Source: an uncultured cyanobacterium (GTDB lineage Bacteria > Cyanobacteriota > Cyanobacteriia > CAKZMO01). From it: 64,000 nucleotides of DNA. How positions within the stretch are numbered: position 1 is the stretch's first letter; every line of letters begins with the position of its first letter. Shown here one piece after another: positions 48,245 through 59,428 of this stretch. Under the pieces are notes generated by a model. The model was given only the letters and a program-made list of their open reading frames with translations, was not told the DNA's origin and did not search any database. Where the stretch lies: positions 768,001-832,000 of the forward strand of contig CAVRCJ010000010.1 in NCBI GenBank assembly GCA_963719515.1, in the 5' to 3' direction. The translations under genes were made by a program, and so were the position numbers.

Positions 48245-49648
48245 ATGAGTCAAAGAACGCTGTTCGACAAAGTTTGGGACTTGCATACTGTCAGCACCTT
48301 GCCTTCAGGCCAAACTCAGCTCTTCATCGGCCTCCATCTCATCCATGAGGTCACCAGCCCCCAAGCCTTTGCCATGCTGCGCGAGCGGGATCTGCCCGTC
48401 ATGTTTCCCCAGCGCACCGTCGCCACCGTCGACCACATCGTCCCCACGGAAAATCAGGCGCGCCCCTTTGTAGATGGGCTCGCTGAGCAGATGATCCAGC
48501 AGCTAGAGACGAACTGCAGGGACAACGACATCCGCTTCTACAATATTGGCTCCGGCAATCAGGGCATCGTCCATGTGATCGCACCCGAGCAGGGGCTAAC
48601 CCAGCCGGGGATGACCATCGCCTGCGGCGACAGCCACACCTCTACCCACGGCGCTTTTGGGGCGATCGCCTTTGGCATCGGCACCAGCCAGGTGCGCGAC
48701 GTGCTGGCCTCTCAAACTCTGGCCTTAGCAAAGCTAAAAGTGCGCCGCATCGAAGTAAACGGCGACCTGCTTCCCGGTGTCTACGCCAAAGACGTCATCC
48801 TCCACATCATCCGCACCCTGGGGGTCAAAGGCGGCGTCGGCTACGCCTACGAATTTGCCGGCACCACCTTCGACGCCATGACCATGGAAGAGCGGATGAC
48901 CGTGTGCAATATGTCCATTGAGGGGGGCGCTCGCTGCGGCTACGTCAACCCCGACGACACGACGTTTGACTACCTCAAGGGCCGTGACTTCGTCCCCTCC
49001 GGCGACGACTGGGGAGAAGCCGTCACCTGGTGGCTCAGCCTCGCCAGCGATGCCGACGCCGAGTACGACGATGTGGTGGTCTTCGACGCCAAAGACATCG
49101 AGCCCACCGTGACCTGGGGCATCACCCCGGGCCAGGGCATCCAGGTGAGCGAGGCCATCCCCGTCGCCGAGTCCCTGCCCGAAGGCGATCGCTTCATCGC
49201 TGAGGAAGCCTACAGCTATATGGACCTCGCCCCCGGTATGCCCATCAAAGGCACTAAGGTAGACGTCTGCTTCATCGGCAGCTGCACCAACGGTCGCATC
49301 AGCGACCTGCGGGAGGCGGCAAGAGTTGCCCAGGGCCGAAAAGTGGTCGACGGCGTTAAAGCATTCGTGGTGCCGGGTTCTGAACGGGTGAAGCAGCAGG
49401 CCGAAGCCGAAGGACTAGACCAGGTCTTCGAGGCGGCGGGCTTCGAGTGGCGGCAGGCGGGCTGCTCCATGTGCTTGGCCATGAACCCCGACAAGCTTCA
49501 GGGCCGACAAATCAGCGCCTCCTCATCAAACCGCAACTTCAAGGGCCGCCAAGGGTCGTCGTCAGGCCGTACCCTGCTGATGAGCCCGGCGATGGTGGCA
49601 GCAGCGGCGGTGACGGGCAGCGTAACCGACGTGAGGGAGCTGTTGTAA
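48245..49648 (+). CDS. leuC: 3-isopropylmalate dehydratase large subunit
   Basis: [36 protein letters not shown] and NRNFKGRQG. Confidence 0.98.
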   Translation: MSQRTLFDKVWDLHTVSTLPSGQTQLFIGLHLIHEVTSPQAFAMLRERDLPVMFPQRTVATVDHIVPTENQARPFVDGLAEQMIQQLETNCRDNDIRFYNIGSGNQGIVHVIAPEQGLTQPGMTIACGDSHTSTHGAFGAIAFGIGTSQVRDVLASQTLALAKLKVRRIEVNGDLLPGVYAKDVILHIIRTLGVKGGVGYAYEFAGTTFDAMTMEERMTVCNMSIEGGARCGYVNPDDTTFDYLKGRDFVPSGDDWGEAVTWWLSLASDADAEYDDVVVFDAKDIEPTVTWGITPGQGIQVSEAIPVAESLPEGDRFIAEEAYSYMDLAPGMPIKGTKVDVCFIGSCTNGRISDLREAARVAQGRKVVDGVKAFVVPGSERVKQQAEAEGLDQVFEAAGFEWRQAGCSMCLAMNPDKLQGRQISASSSNRNFKGRQGSSSGRTLLMSPAMVAAAAVTGSVTDVRELL

Positions 49649-49655
49649 TTTCGAC

Positions 49656-49984
49656 GGCTGCTTGGGGCTTGGCCCCCAACCCCCCTTTGCTGGAGGACGA
49701 GATGCCTCCCCCAGCGGCCCCCTGCATAAAGTAGTGCCTGTGAGTAGCTTTCAGCTCAGCTGCGGTGGCGGTACGCTTCTACTTGAGCCGTACCGCTACC
49801 GCAACAGGCCGACCAGGGCGGCACTACCGTTGGACATGGCGCTATGTCCACACCCCACCAGATACCCAAAACCAACACACAACACACAAATCCGGAACCC
49901 CGTTGTGCAGGGGTGGTCTGGGGGGAGCGCACCCGCTCCCCCCAGCGGGGGTTTGGGGGCAAGCCGCCCCCAAGGCAACCGGTT
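49656..49984. repeat. Inverted pair of a ~75-80 bp dispersed repeat enclosing further hairpins (MITE/BIME-like)
   Basis: 49656-49730 and the reverse complement of 49904-49984 align with each other and with 1333-1406; internal 14-bp stem at 49762-49802. Confidence 0.7.
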
Positions 49985-50124
49985 CGCGCCACCATCAAAA
50001 CCTCGCGCAATCGCCTGAACAAAAAATCACCACGCGATAAAGGCTTCGCACTCGCTGCGCGAGCGCTCCACAACCCAATTGACAGGGCAAACACCATATA
50101 CCCCACATCCAAAACCCCAAACTA

Positions 50125-50715
50125 ATGACAAAAATCCAAACCATCACCGGCCCCGCCCTCCCCCTCCGCGGCAACGACATCGACACCGATCGCATCATCC
50201 CCGCCCGCTTCCTCAAGTCCATCACCTTCGACGGCCTCGGTAGCCACGCCTTCGAAGACGACCGTCAGCAGCTCCAAGGCGATCACCCCCTCGACCTCCC
50301 CCAATACCAATCCGCCCGCATCCTCGTCGTCAACCGCAACTTCGGCTGCGGCTCCTCCCGCGAGCATGCGCCCCAAGCACTCGCCCGCTGGGGTATCCAA
50401 GCCCTTGTTGGCGAGAGCTTCGCCGAGATCTTCTTCGGCAACTGCGTTGCCATGGGCGTTCCCTGTGTTGTCGCTGAGGGCGACGCAGTGAAGCAGCTGC
50501 AGGATTCAGTCGAAGCCAATCCCGTTCTAAAAGTTGAGGTTGACCTCAACGCCATGGAAGTGCGCTACGGCAAAAACGCTATGGCCATCACCATGGGCGA
50601 CGGTCCCCGACAGATGTTTCTCGCGGGCACCTGGGATGCCTGCGGGCAGCTAGTGGCCCAGGCGCAAGGCATTCAGGCTACAGCAGCGCGACTGCCCTAC
50701 GTCGCCTGGGGCTAA
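50125..50715 (+). CDS. leuD: 3-isopropylmalate dehydratase small subunit
   Basis: [23 protein letters not shown] and [10 protein letters not shown]. Confidence 0.98.
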   Translation: MTKIQTITGPALPLRGNDIDTDRIIPARFLKSITFDGLGSHAFEDDRQQLQGDHPLDLPQYQSARILVVNRNFGCGSSREHAPQALARWGIQALVGESFAEIFFGNCVAMGVPCVVAEGDAVKQLQDSVEANPVLKVEVDLNAMEVRYGKNAMAITMGDGPRQMFLAGTWDACGQLVAQAQGIQATAARLPYVAWG

Positions 50716-50740
50716 ACTTAAAGGCCTAGCAAAAGCAGCT

Positions 50741-51337
50741 TTAGGACCGCTGCCGTCGCCACTGGTAGCGGTTCCAGTCGTAAATACCTTGAATCTGATA
50801 CTCCATACCGTTCTGAAACCGAACGATAGCGCTGGAGATACAGTCGCCCTCCGAAAGGCTAACCACGCGGCAGGGTACCCACTCCCGCTGGCACGGCCCT
50901 TCCTCCTGCACCCACTCCCAAAGGCCGTTGGAAACCTCAATGCGATCGCCCACCTGCAGCGGCAGCTGACTGTCATCCAAATAGGGGGCTAGGTGCTGCG
51001 GCTCTACTCGGTCTAGCCACTGCAGCCCGTAGCGATCGCGGATAAACTGTACGCTACCCGAATCGCGACCGCCCAGCCAGTCGTTGAGAAGCAAAACTTT
51101 CCACGACGTTGACTGAACCTGAGCAGCTTGAATGTAGCGCATCAGCTGCTCGCGCTCCTCAGGCGTCAACTCGCCTAGAGGGTTGGCACCATCATCGGAC
51201 CTGTCGCCGGCTCCAATCAAGCGCTGAGGGACAACCTGACGGAGGATTTGCTGCTGAGCTTCGCTCAGGGCATAGCCAAGGCTACGACACTGCTCGAACG
51301 CAGCTTGGAGGGCGTTATCAATCTCAGACTGACTCAT
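50741..51337 (-). CDS. Conserved hypothetical protein
   Basis: 198-aa ORF with protein-like composition (NPL.EL, LLNDWL, NGLWEWVQ, DWNR) filling the gap between genes. Confidence 0.75.
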   Translation of the reverse strand: MSQSEIDNALQAAFEQCRSLGYALSEAQQQILRQVVPQRLIGAGDRSDDGANPLGELTPEEREQLMRYIQAAQVQSTSWKVLLLNDWLGGRDSGSVQFIRDRYGLQWLDRVEPQHLAPYLDDSQLPLQVGDRIEVSNGLWEWVQEEGPCQREWVPCRVVSLSEGDCISSAIVRFQNGMEYQIQGIYDWNRYQWRRQRS

Positions 51338-51564
51338 ACACAGTACTGAAGCGCCTCAAGGGAAATTTTGCATATTGTATTGTACCAAACCCGCTTTTGC
51401 CCAAGCCCCCTTTGCAGCATAGGCCCGCAGACTGCAGAGGGCTTTCCCTCAAATTTGGCGATCGCCGCTAGCGCTGTCAGGATAGACTCCCTTAATATGG
51501 TGACAGTCGGCGATCGCACTAGACGTCGTACGTCACCCCAAGCTGTCTACGAGCAATAACGTCC

Positions 51565-52041
51565 ATGGCTGAAGAAGACAAAAAGACCAATGACAAAGCG
51601 GCTGAGAAATCGGACAGCCCACCTGCCGACAAAAAGCCCGCTGCCAAAGCCGCTGCCAAGAAAAAGAAAGAGAAAGTTGAAGACAAACCCTTCAACGAAT
51701 TCATGACGCAGCACTTTGTGCCCAATCTAGAGGAGACGCTGAAGAACCAAAACATCAGCGACCTCGACCTGACCTTTGAGCAGTCCCCCATCCCCATTGA
51801 AGGGTTCGGCAGCGAGACCTACTGGCAGGTCGCGGGCCGCTGGGGTGACGGACGTCAGTTCCGGCTAATCTTTCAAAAGGAAGACATCACCGGCCCTAAG
51901 TTCTACACAGCCGCTAACGTCGGGTCAAGTCCAACGACGCTAGAATCCTTCATGATTGACGAGCGCCGCGTGACGCTAGACCTGATGGTGTTTTACGTGG
52001 TGCAGCGCCTCAACGGGCAAAAATGGCTGAGCGGCAACTAG
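51565..52041 (+). CDS. DUF2996 family protein (NdhV-like)
   Basis: K/A-rich N-terminus, EDKPF.EF, ESFMIDER and QRLNGQKWL. Confidence 0.88.
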   Translation: MAEEDKKTNDKAAEKSDSPPADKKPAAKAAAKKKKEKVEDKPFNEFMTQHFVPNLEETLKNQNISDLDLTFEQSPIPIEGFGSETYWQVAGRWGDGRQFRLIFQKEDITGPKFYTAANVGSSPTTLESFMIDERRVTLDLMVFYVVQRLNGQKWLSGN

Positions 52042-52137
52042 GCTAAACGGTAACCCACCGGGCGAGCGCCGCGTCACCTAACCCTGACACTCCCACAGGG
52101 ACAGGCAACACGGCACAGACAACATGGAGCCGGTGCC

Positions 52138-53367
52138 TTATTCAGCGCTGATGAGAGCGAGAGCCGTACCCTGGTAGTAATGGCCCAGGATGCTGTCATA
52201 GCTGTAGCCCTGATCCGCTAGGCCCCGCGCGCCCCACTGGCTGAGGCCGACCCCGTGACCAAAGCCACGGCCGCTAAAGGTAAACGACGTTGGAGCGGAC
52301 GCAAAACCGCCCGCGCTCGCCACGCGGCCCATCTGGGGCTGTACCGCGAACAGCGTGCTGCGCAGACCCAGCAGCGATCGCAGCTGACTGCCTTTCATCG
52401 TTCTCTCGCCTGCGTCTCCTACAATTTGCACCGACGCCACCCGGCCCTGCGGGGTTACGCGCTCTGGGGCGATGGACAAGATGTTGCCTACCCCGGTCAG
52501 CTTAGCCTTGAGGTCAGCGGCTGAAACTCGCTCACTCCATTGAAAAACCGGCGCATTTTGATCAAAATCGGCCACACCGCGCAGGTAGGGGATGGCGCTA
52601 GACCAAATATCCTCAACGTTTTCCGTATGGCCGCCGGAGGAAGAGTGGAATACGGCCTCAATAATTTGGCCGTTGTGGGTGAGCACCTGACCCTCGGTGG
52701 CGGTCACGGCGGCAACGGTTGAGGGTTCTTCCTGCGATAGGCCTTTGTAGACCTGCCAGGCTGCCGTATCGCCCACGTCGAAGACGGGATTGCCCCGGTT
52801 CTCCCGCTGGTAGAGCGCGTAGGAGCGGGCCGCCACCGACTGGGCTTCAAGAGCGGCTGCAGGCCAGCTCGTGGGCATTTCGCTGGCCACAACGCTGTAG
52901 AGATACTCTTCTAAATCAACGTGGTTGATGGCGGTCAGGCCCTCTGCGGTGGCCACCACCTGGGTGCGGCCCCGGTACCAGCTGTCGCCGATGTAAACCA
53001 GGCCCTCTTCAGCTTCAGGCTCAATCCAAAACGAGTCATCTTCCCAAGAGTGAATGGCAATTTCGTCGCCTTCAGCTTTGGCAATAACTGCGCCACCGGC
53101 GGGGATACGGGCGATCGCCTCCCCCTCGCCGTCCAAGAGCAGCGCCCGGGTCGAGCTTCCGACCATCACCGAGGGGACCTGCTCTTCAATCGCAACGCGG
53201 ATCTCGACGTCAGCCTGGGCGGGGTCGGCCTTTGCCGCCGCACCGGTAACCATGGCAAGGGCAACTAGCACAAAAGACCACTTGGACCGCAGCCGGAGGC
53301 TAGAGGGCGAGGGCAGAGCTTGCCAAAGGCGTTGGAGCGGCTGAGTGGTGGGGTGGGGTGCAGTCAT
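52138..53367 (-). CDS. SpoIID/LytB domain protein
   Basis: EEYLYSVVASEMP, AQSVAARSYA, FHSSSGGHTE and G.GHGVGLSQWGA. Confidence 0.93.
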   Translation of the reverse strand: MTAPHPTTQPLQRLWQALPSPSSLRLRSKWSFVLVALAMVTGAAAKADPAQADVEIRVAIEEQVPSVMVGSSTRALLLDGEGEAIARIPAGGAVIAKAEGDEIAIHSWEDDSFWIEPEAEEGLVYIGDSWYRGRTQVVATAEGLTAINHVDLEEYLYSVVASEMPTSWPAAALEAQSVAARSYALYQRENRGNPVFDVGDTAAWQVYKGLSQEEPSTVAAVTATEGQVLTHNGQIIEAVFHSSSGGHTENVEDIWSSAIPYLRGVADFDQNAPVFQWSERVSAADLKAKLTGVGNILSIAPERVTPQGRVASVQIVGDAGERTMKGSQLRSLLGLRSTLFAVQPQMGRVASAGGFASAPTSFTFSGRGFGHGVGLSQWGARGLADQGYSYDSILGHYYQGTALALISAE

Positions 53368-53798
53368 AGGAGGAACTCCTCAGGTTGGATGAACGGTAGA
53401 CGGGTTAATGCTTGGAGGGATTAAAGTTGTGGAGCCGTACCAAAAACTGCGGTCCTTCAACTGTTCGCAATTCTATCGACTAGCCTAGGTAACGTCACGC
53501 CAGCACCGTTCAGCTAATAAAATCGGTACAGCGCTTTAAAGCTACGCCAAACTTACCCAGAGTGAGCAGAGGAGCGATCACCTCCATAGGCAGTAGGCCA
53601 TTGAGCGATCGCCACCCAGTAAACTCTAGCCCTACGCTTCTCCATCTTTGGGGTTCTTCACTTGTGACGATTCTTCATCAGGACGAACTTGATATCCTAG
53701 TAAGGAGCATGGTCAAAGTTGAAGCGGGTGGACGGCATCGCTTGCTTATGGCTATCGCCCGAGTCCGTATGGCTTTTGCCGTGGAGTGAATTAAGATC

Positions 53799-54752
53799 TT
53801 GCAAATTACGTTTCTTGGCACCAGCTCTGGGGTTCCGACGCGATCGCGCAACGTCTCAAGCATTGCTCTCCGGCTGCCGCAGCGCTCTGAGGTGTGGCTG
53901 TTTGACTGCGGAGAAGGCACCCAGCACCAGCTGCTGCGAAGCGACGTACGCCTCAGCCAAATCCGGCGCATTTTTGTCACCCACATGCACGGCGATCATA
54001 TCTACGGCCTTATGGGGCTGTTGGCCAGCTGCGGTCTGGCGGGCAACCCCAGCCGCATTGATATCTACGGTCCTCCCCGGCTAGAGGAGTTCCTCAAGGC
54101 CGCAAATCGCTGCTCAGAGGTGCGCTACTCCTACCCCGTCAGCGTCCACACCGTCAGCGAAGGTCTTGTGGTCAACGAAGACGGCTACACCGTCCACTGC
54201 CGCCCCCTGACCCACCGCCTGCCCGCCTTTGGCTACCGCGTGGCCGAGAGCGATCGCACCGGCACCTTTGACGTAGAGCGGGCCAAAGCCCTAGGCATCC
54301 CTTCCGGCCCGCTCTACGGCCAGCTCAAAAAAGGCAAGGTGGTCACCCTCGATGACGGTCGCCGCGTCAGCGGCGCGGACCTGTGCGGCCCCACGGAAAT
54401 TGGCCGTAAGTTCGTTTACTGCACCGACACGATCTACTGCGACAATGCTGTGGCGCTGGCCCGTGACGCCGATGTGCTGGTCCATGAGGCGACCTTCGCC
54501 CACCAGGATGCGGAGATGGCCTACCAGCGGCTGCATTCCACTTCCACCATGGCGGCCCAAGTCGCGTTGACGGCCCAGGCAAAGCAGCTGATCATGACCC
54601 ACTTCAGCCCCCGCTATGCCCCCGGCAATGCTATTCAGCTCGACGATTTGCTGCAGGAGGCGCGGGCGATTTTCCCGAGTACCAAGATGGCGCGCGACTT
54701 TATGACCTACGACATCCCTCGACGACGGGACAAAGCGCTGGTGTCGTTGTAA
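53799..54752 (+). CDS. rnz: Ribonuclease Z
   Basis: [32 protein letters not shown] and HFSPRY. Confidence 0.97.
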   Translation: MQITFLGTSSGVPTRSRNVSSIALRLPQRSEVWLFDCGEGTQHQLLRSDVRLSQIRRIFVTHMHGDHIYGLMGLLASCGLAGNPSRIDIYGPPRLEEFLKAANRCSEVRYSYPVSVHTVSEGLVVNEDGYTVHCRPLTHRLPAFGYRVAESDRTGTFDVERAKALGIPSGPLYGQLKKGKVVTLDDGRRVSGADLCGPTEIGRKFVYCTDTIYCDNAVALARDADVLVHEATFAHQDAEMAYQRLHSTSTMAAQVALTAQAKQLIMTHFSPRYAPGNAIQLDDLLQEARAIFPSTKMARDFMTYDIPRRRDKALVSL

Positions 54753-54826
54753 TGTTCTCCGCAACTTAGACCGAAATTTGTCGGACTGCGGTTGATGTTA
54801 GGAAATCCAACGAATCCATTGCTAGC

Positions 54827-54857
54827 GTTGGGTTACGCTGACGCTAACCCAACCTAC
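54827..54857 (-). repeat. GTAG-type REP palindrome
   Basis: Minus strand GTAGGTTGGGTTAGCGTCAGCGTAACCCAAC. Confidence 0.7.
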
Positions 54858-54963
54858 GACAACCCTAATCTTGACGCTTGACGCAGTAATAGAACCTACA
54901 TTTGCCAGATTCAGAGGGCCGTGATCCCCTAGAATCAAGCCTGTGTATCCTTTCATCTAATTT

Positions 54964-55926
54964 ATGCGCCCGCTGTCTCCCCCTCAGACGCCACCTCCCG
55001 TCAAAAAACTATCGCCTGCGATCTGGTCTCGATCGCTATGGCGCTTCTCCCGACCCCACACCATTTTTGGTACGACTCTCAGCGTCTTCAGCCTGGTTGT
55101 TCTCGCGATCGCTACGCAAGCTGATACAGTGCCCCCGGCGGCCTACGCCATAGGCCTAGCGCTGGGAGCATTGCTTACCTGTCTGTGCGGCAACGTCTAT
55201 ATCGTCGGCCTCAACCAAATCGAAGACGTCGAGATTGACCGCATCAATAAGCCTCACCTGCCCATCGCAGCGGGTCTGTTTTCCCGGCGGCAGGGCTGGT
55301 GGATCGTGGGGCTGTGCGGGGTCACAGCGCTGGTGAGTTCCCTGCTGCAGGGGCGTTTTTTGGCGGCGACGGTGTGGTCGAGTCTGCTCATCGGGACGCT
55401 CTACTCCCTGCCTCCTGTGAGGCTGAAGCGCTTTCCCTTTTGGGCCTCGGTGTGCATCTTCACGGTGCGGGGAGTGATCGTTAACCTGGGGCTGTTTCTG
55501 CACTTCACCGATCGCCTCGGACAGGCGACCGTTACTCCCGCAGTGTGGGTGCTGACGGCGTTTGTACTGGTGTTCACCTTCGCCATCGCTATTCTCAAAG
55601 ACATCCCCGACATTGAGGGCGATCGCTGCTACCACATCCGCACGTTTACGGTGCAGCTAGGGGCGCGCCCCGTATTCCACCTTGCCCTCTGGACCCTGAC
55701 ACTGTGCTACGGCGGCATGATAGCGGCGGCGCTGCTGCTCCCTTCAATTCAGGCGGGCCTCATTGTGGTCACTCATCTACTAGCGCTGGGGGCCATTTGG
55801 GCCTACGGCCAGCGGGTCACCCTAACTGAGAAACGCTCCATCGCTCGATTCTACCAATTTGTGTGGCGGCTGTTTTTCCTGGAATACGTTCTATTCCCGG
55901 TAGCCTGTCTGCTGGCGCTGCCATGA
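54964..55926 (+). CDS. hpt: Homogentisate phytyltransferase (UbiA family, tocopherol synthesis)
   Basis: FSRPHT, GLNQIED.EIDRINKP.LP, KDIPDIEGD and FYQFVW.LFF.EY. Confidence 0.93.
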   Translation: MRPLSPPQTPPPVKKLSPAIWSRSLWRFSRPHTIFGTTLSVFSLVVLAIATQADTVPPAAYAIGLALGALLTCLCGNVYIVGLNQIEDVEIDRINKPHLPIAAGLFSRRQGWWIVGLCGVTALVSSLLQGRFLAATVWSSLLIGTLYSLPPVRLKRFPFWASVCIFTVRGVIVNLGLFLHFTDRLGQATVTPAVWVLTAFVLVFTFAIAILKDIPDIEGDRCYHIRTFTVQLGARPVFHLALWTLTLCYGGMIAAALLLPSIQAGLIVVTHLLALGAIWAYGQRVTLTEKRSIARFYQFVWRLFFLEYVLFPVACLLALP

Positions 55927-57458
55927 GCAGTCCATCCGAGCCCGCTGGCACCATTTACCTCCTGGGGGCAGGCCCCGGCGGTCTGCAGTACCTCACCCTG
56001 CAGGCCCACGGCATTCTTCAACAGGCGGATGCTCTCGTATATGATGCCCTGGTAGACGAGGCGCTGCTGAGCGTCATTCCCGCCGACTGCGATCGCCACT
56101 GCGTCGGCAAGCGCGGCGGACAGCCCAGCGCCCGCCAGCCGGAAATCAACCAGCTTTTGGTGACCCTGGCGCGACAGCACAGGTGCATCGTGCGCCTCAA
56201 AAGCGGTGACCCCTTTATATTTGGCCGCAGCGCTGCCGAAATCGAGGCGCTACAGCAGGCCCGCTGTCCCTTCCAGGTGGTGCCTGGCCTTTCCTCAGCC
56301 TTAGCCGCGCCCCTACTCGCTCACATCCCCCTCACTGACCCGGTGCTCAGCTCGGGGTTCACCGTGATTACCGGCCACCAGCCCGACCAGCTCAACTGGG
56401 AGGCCCTCAGCGCCCTAGAGACCCTAGTGATTCTCATGGGCACCCGTCAGCTCGCCGCCATTGTCGAACAGCTGCAAACCCACGGGCGATCGCCCCACAC
56501 CCCAGTAGCCATCGTCCGCTGGGCAGGCCAGCCCCAGCAGCACACCTGGACTGGAACGCTGGAGACTATTCTGCGGCACACCTCTAGGCAGCAGCTCTCC
56601 CCGGCCATTATCATCATTGGGGAGGTGGTGAAGCTGCGGGACTATCTACAATCGTCGCCCACCCTATATTCCATGTCTCCGCTCCAGGGAAAAACCGTTT
56701 TAGTGACGCGCTCAGCGGGCCAGTCCGCCAAGTTCCGCGATCGCCTAGAGGCTAAGGGGGCCCGCGTGATGGAGATGCCCGCCCTCGAAATTATCGCCCC
56801 CGACAGCTGGGCTCCCCTAGATGAGGCCATCAGCCAGCTCTCTAGCTTCCACTGGCTCGTGCTCACCTCCGCCAACGGCGTCGAGTTTATGTTTGACCGG
56901 CTGCAGCACCACGGCCTCGACGCCCGCGCTTTGGGGGGTGTGAAAATTGCGGTGGTCGGACGGAAAACAGCGCAGGCGCTGCAGGAGCGGCAGATGACCC
57001 CAGACTTTGTGCCGCCTGAGTTTGTGGCAGATTCTCTTGCCGAGCATTTTCCCGGTGGGTCTGATTTGACAGGGACCCGCGTTTTGTTTCTCCGGGTGCA
57101 GTCCGGCGGGCGAGAAGCTCTGGTCAAAGACCTATCGGCCAAAGGAGCTGAGGTGGTGGAAGTGCCCGCCTACCAGTCCCGCTGCCCCAAGGCGATCGCC
57201 CCCGAGGCTGAAGCGGCCCTGCGTCAGGGAGAGATAGACGCAATCACTTTTGCCAGCTCAAAGACAGTGCGGTGTTTTCAGCAGCTGGTCGCAGCGAGAT
57301 GCCTCGCAGAGTCCCTAGAGGGGGTTCGCATCGCCTCTATTGGTCCTCAAACCTCTGAAACCTGCCGGGAGTGCTTAGGCCGCATGGATGCCGAGGCCCA
57401 AGAATACACGCTGGAGGGGCTAATACAGGCCATCGTTTCCGACCTAAAAGACCGATGA
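55923..57458 (+). CDS. cobA: Fused uroporphyrinogen-III C-methyltransferase / uroporphyrinogen-III synthase
   Basis: GAGPG, YDAL and RLKSGDPFIFGR, followed by a HemD domain (VLVTR, TSANGV, FASSKTV, IGPQT). Confidence 0.95.
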   Translation: MSSPSEPAGTIYLLGAGPGGLQYLTLQAHGILQQADALVYDALVDEALLSVIPADCDRHCVGKRGGQPSARQPEINQLLVTLARQHRCIVRLKSGDPFIFGRSAAEIEALQQARCPFQVVPGLSSALAAPLLAHIPLTDPVLSSGFTVITGHQPDQLNWEALSALETLVILMGTRQLAAIVEQLQTHGRSPHTPVAIVRWAGQPQQHTWTGTLETILRHTSRQQLSPAIIIIGEVVKLRDYLQSSPTLYSMSPLQGKTVLVTRSAGQSAKFRDRLEAKGARVMEMPALEIIAPDSWAPLDEAISQLSSFHWLVLTSANGVEFMFDRLQHHGLDARALGGVKIAVVGRKTAQALQERQMTPDFVPPEFVADSLAEHFPGGSDLTGTRVLFLRVQSGGREALVKDLSAKGAEVVEVPAYQSRCPKAIAPEAEAALRQGEIDAITFASSKTVRCFQQLVAARCLAESLEGVRIASIGPQTSETCRECLGRMDAEAQEYTLEGLIQAIVSDLKDR

Positions 57459-58042
57459 CTCAGCGCTCTGCCCCCCCGCGTATTATCGGCCTCACGGGGG
57501 GCATCGGTATGGGCAAGTCCACGGTATCGCGCTACCTGCAAGACGCCCACCAGATCCCTGTTCTCGACGCCGACGAGCTAGCGCGGGAGGCGGTCCAGCC
57601 GGGGTCTGAAGTCTTGGCGGCGATCGCCCAGCGCTACGGCAGCGTACTCAGCGCCGACGGGAGCCTAGACCGCCCTGCCCTTGCCCACATCATCTTTAAC
57701 AGCGCCGAGGAGCGTCGTTGGGTAGAGCAGCAAATTCATCCCTACGTCCGCGATCGCATGGCGCAGATGACCCAAGCTGTAGGGGGAACTGTGGTGTGGT
57801 CGGTGCCGCTACTCTTTGAAGCCAGCTTGACGTCCCAGGTGATAGACATTTGGGTGGTCTACTGCACACCAGAGCAGCAGCGGCAGCGACTGCTCCAGCG
57901 GGGGCTCTCTCTCGAGCAAACTCAGGCCCGTATTGCAGCGCAGTGGCCCATTGAACAAAAGCTTGTCTACGCAGACATACGGCTTGACAACAGTTCGACT
58001 CTAGAAGTCCTATATCGGCAGATTGACGGGGCGATCGCTTAA
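57455..58042 (+). CDS. coaE: Dephospho-CoA kinase
   Basis: IIGLTGGIGMGKSTV, DAD, LDR..L, IHP.V and PLLFE. Confidence 0.96.
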   Translation: MTQRSAPPRIIGLTGGIGMGKSTVSRYLQDAHQIPVLDADELAREAVQPGSEVLAAIAQRYGSVLSADGSLDRPALAHIIFNSAEERRWVEQQIHPYVRDRMAQMTQAVGGTVVWSVPLLFEASLTSQVIDIWVVYCTPEQQRQRLLQRGLSLEQTQARIAAQWPIEQKLVYADIRLDNSSTLEVLYRQIDGAIA

Positions 58043-58660
58043 AAACGGTCGCTCTAGATGTCAGTAAAGATAGCCAGATTGAGACGCTTTCAGGGACTGT
58101 AAATTAGATTGTGTCACTTTGGGTGGGTATCAAATCCCACGCGACTATTGAGATTTTAACAGCCGCCAGTCACAAGCGAGGCACGAATTATAACCTTAGT
58201 TCTAAAACTAGACGCGGATAGTCATAGCTTTAAGAGTCTACAGCTGTAGTAAAGTTATAACTACTGTGAAGAATTGATCTCGCTTTCTAGACTTGAAGGA
58301 ATAAAAATGCGATTCTAGAGGTGGCAACGCGAATCGAATTTCCCAAAAGCGCTAGATAACTGACGCTTTTGTGAGCGGCTAAAAGCGATTAAGCGTAGGC
58401 TCAAGGCGTCTTAGGGTGCATGCTGGCTAGAGCAGTGTAAACGTCTAGAGAAGCCATTTTATAGATCAGATCAATATAGTAAGGTGCTATTCAAAGCTGC
58501 ACTTTACTGCCGCAATGAAGTCCCAAAATACATTTTTTATTTGAGTTAGGTTTCGGCTTGGCCCAAGCTTCCTACGCTTCAAAGGTAAAAGAAAGCTCCC
58601 GTAGAATGGTAGCCTTTCCAATTTTGGCTGCCTATTTATAAAGAGACAAGGCTAGACAGC

Positions 58661-59428
58661 ATGCTAGACAAAACTAAGCCTAGACATAGGCTGAGAAATA
58701 TGTTTAACGGCCTACTTTGCGTCATAACTTCGCTGTTGCTCTGTAGCTGGATTACGGCCGCGCCAGCGTTGGCGTCAGGGCACCATTGCAGTCGCCATGG
58801 GGCGCTGATTTCGTGGAATGACTCAGGCGATCCTCCCAAGATGAGCCTTACAGTTTCCTCCGATCCCAGCGACGGCTGGAATCTGCATATTGACGCCTCT
58901 GGGTTTCGATTTGCGGCTGACCATGTCGGCCTTGACCCTGTTCCGGGGGAAGGGCACGGCCGTCTCTATATCAATGGCCGTGAAGTTTCGCGGGTCTATA
59001 GTCGTTGGCTGCATCTCCCTGATCTGCCGTCAGGAGATAGCGAAGTTGCCGTGACCCTGCACGCCAACGACTACCGCATGTATGCGGTCGATGGCCTACC
59101 ACTCCAGGCGTCGACTCGGGTGACTACGCCATCTATGCAGGTGGTTGACCTCGACTTGCAGGCTGACGACAAGAAGCACACTCCCAAAAAGATTCAGGCC
59201 AATAGGGGGGATTGGGTGGAGCTGCGCTGGCGGAGCGATCGCCCCGTGGCCCTTCATCTCCACGGCTATGACCTGGAGGAGCGCAGCGAACCTGAGCCCG
59301 ACGGTCGCCTGCGCTTTAAGGCCGATATCGAGGGGCGCTTTGCCCTAGAAAATCACGCTACAGAAAACCATGCCACAGCCGCAAACCCAGAGGAGATTGT
59401 CAGCTATGTGGAAGTCTACCCCAGCTAG
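58661..59428 (+). CDS. Exported His-rich protein with a C-terminal cupredoxin-like domain
   Basis: Signal peptide ending ALA, then GHHC..H, GWNLHI and GEGHG.LYING; C-terminal GDWVELRWRSD...LHLHGYD...GRF.LENH. Confidence 0.7.
   Translation: MLDKTKPRHRLRNMFNGLLCVITSLLLCSWITAAPALASGHHCSRHGALISWNDSGDPPKMSLTVSSDPSDGWNLHIDASGFRFAADHVGLDPVPGEGHGRLYINGREVSRVYSRWLHLPDLPSGDSEVAVTLHANDYRMYAVDGLPLQASTRVTTPSMQVVDLDLQADDKKHTPKKIQANRGDWVELRWRSDRPVALHLHGYDLEERSEPEPDGRLRFKADIEGRFALENHATENHATAANPEEIVSYVEVYPS

Noticed and set aside
49662..50112. ORFs of 60-118 aa between leuC and leuD
   Set aside because: They are Pro/Gly-rich translations of GC-rich repeats, open in several frames.
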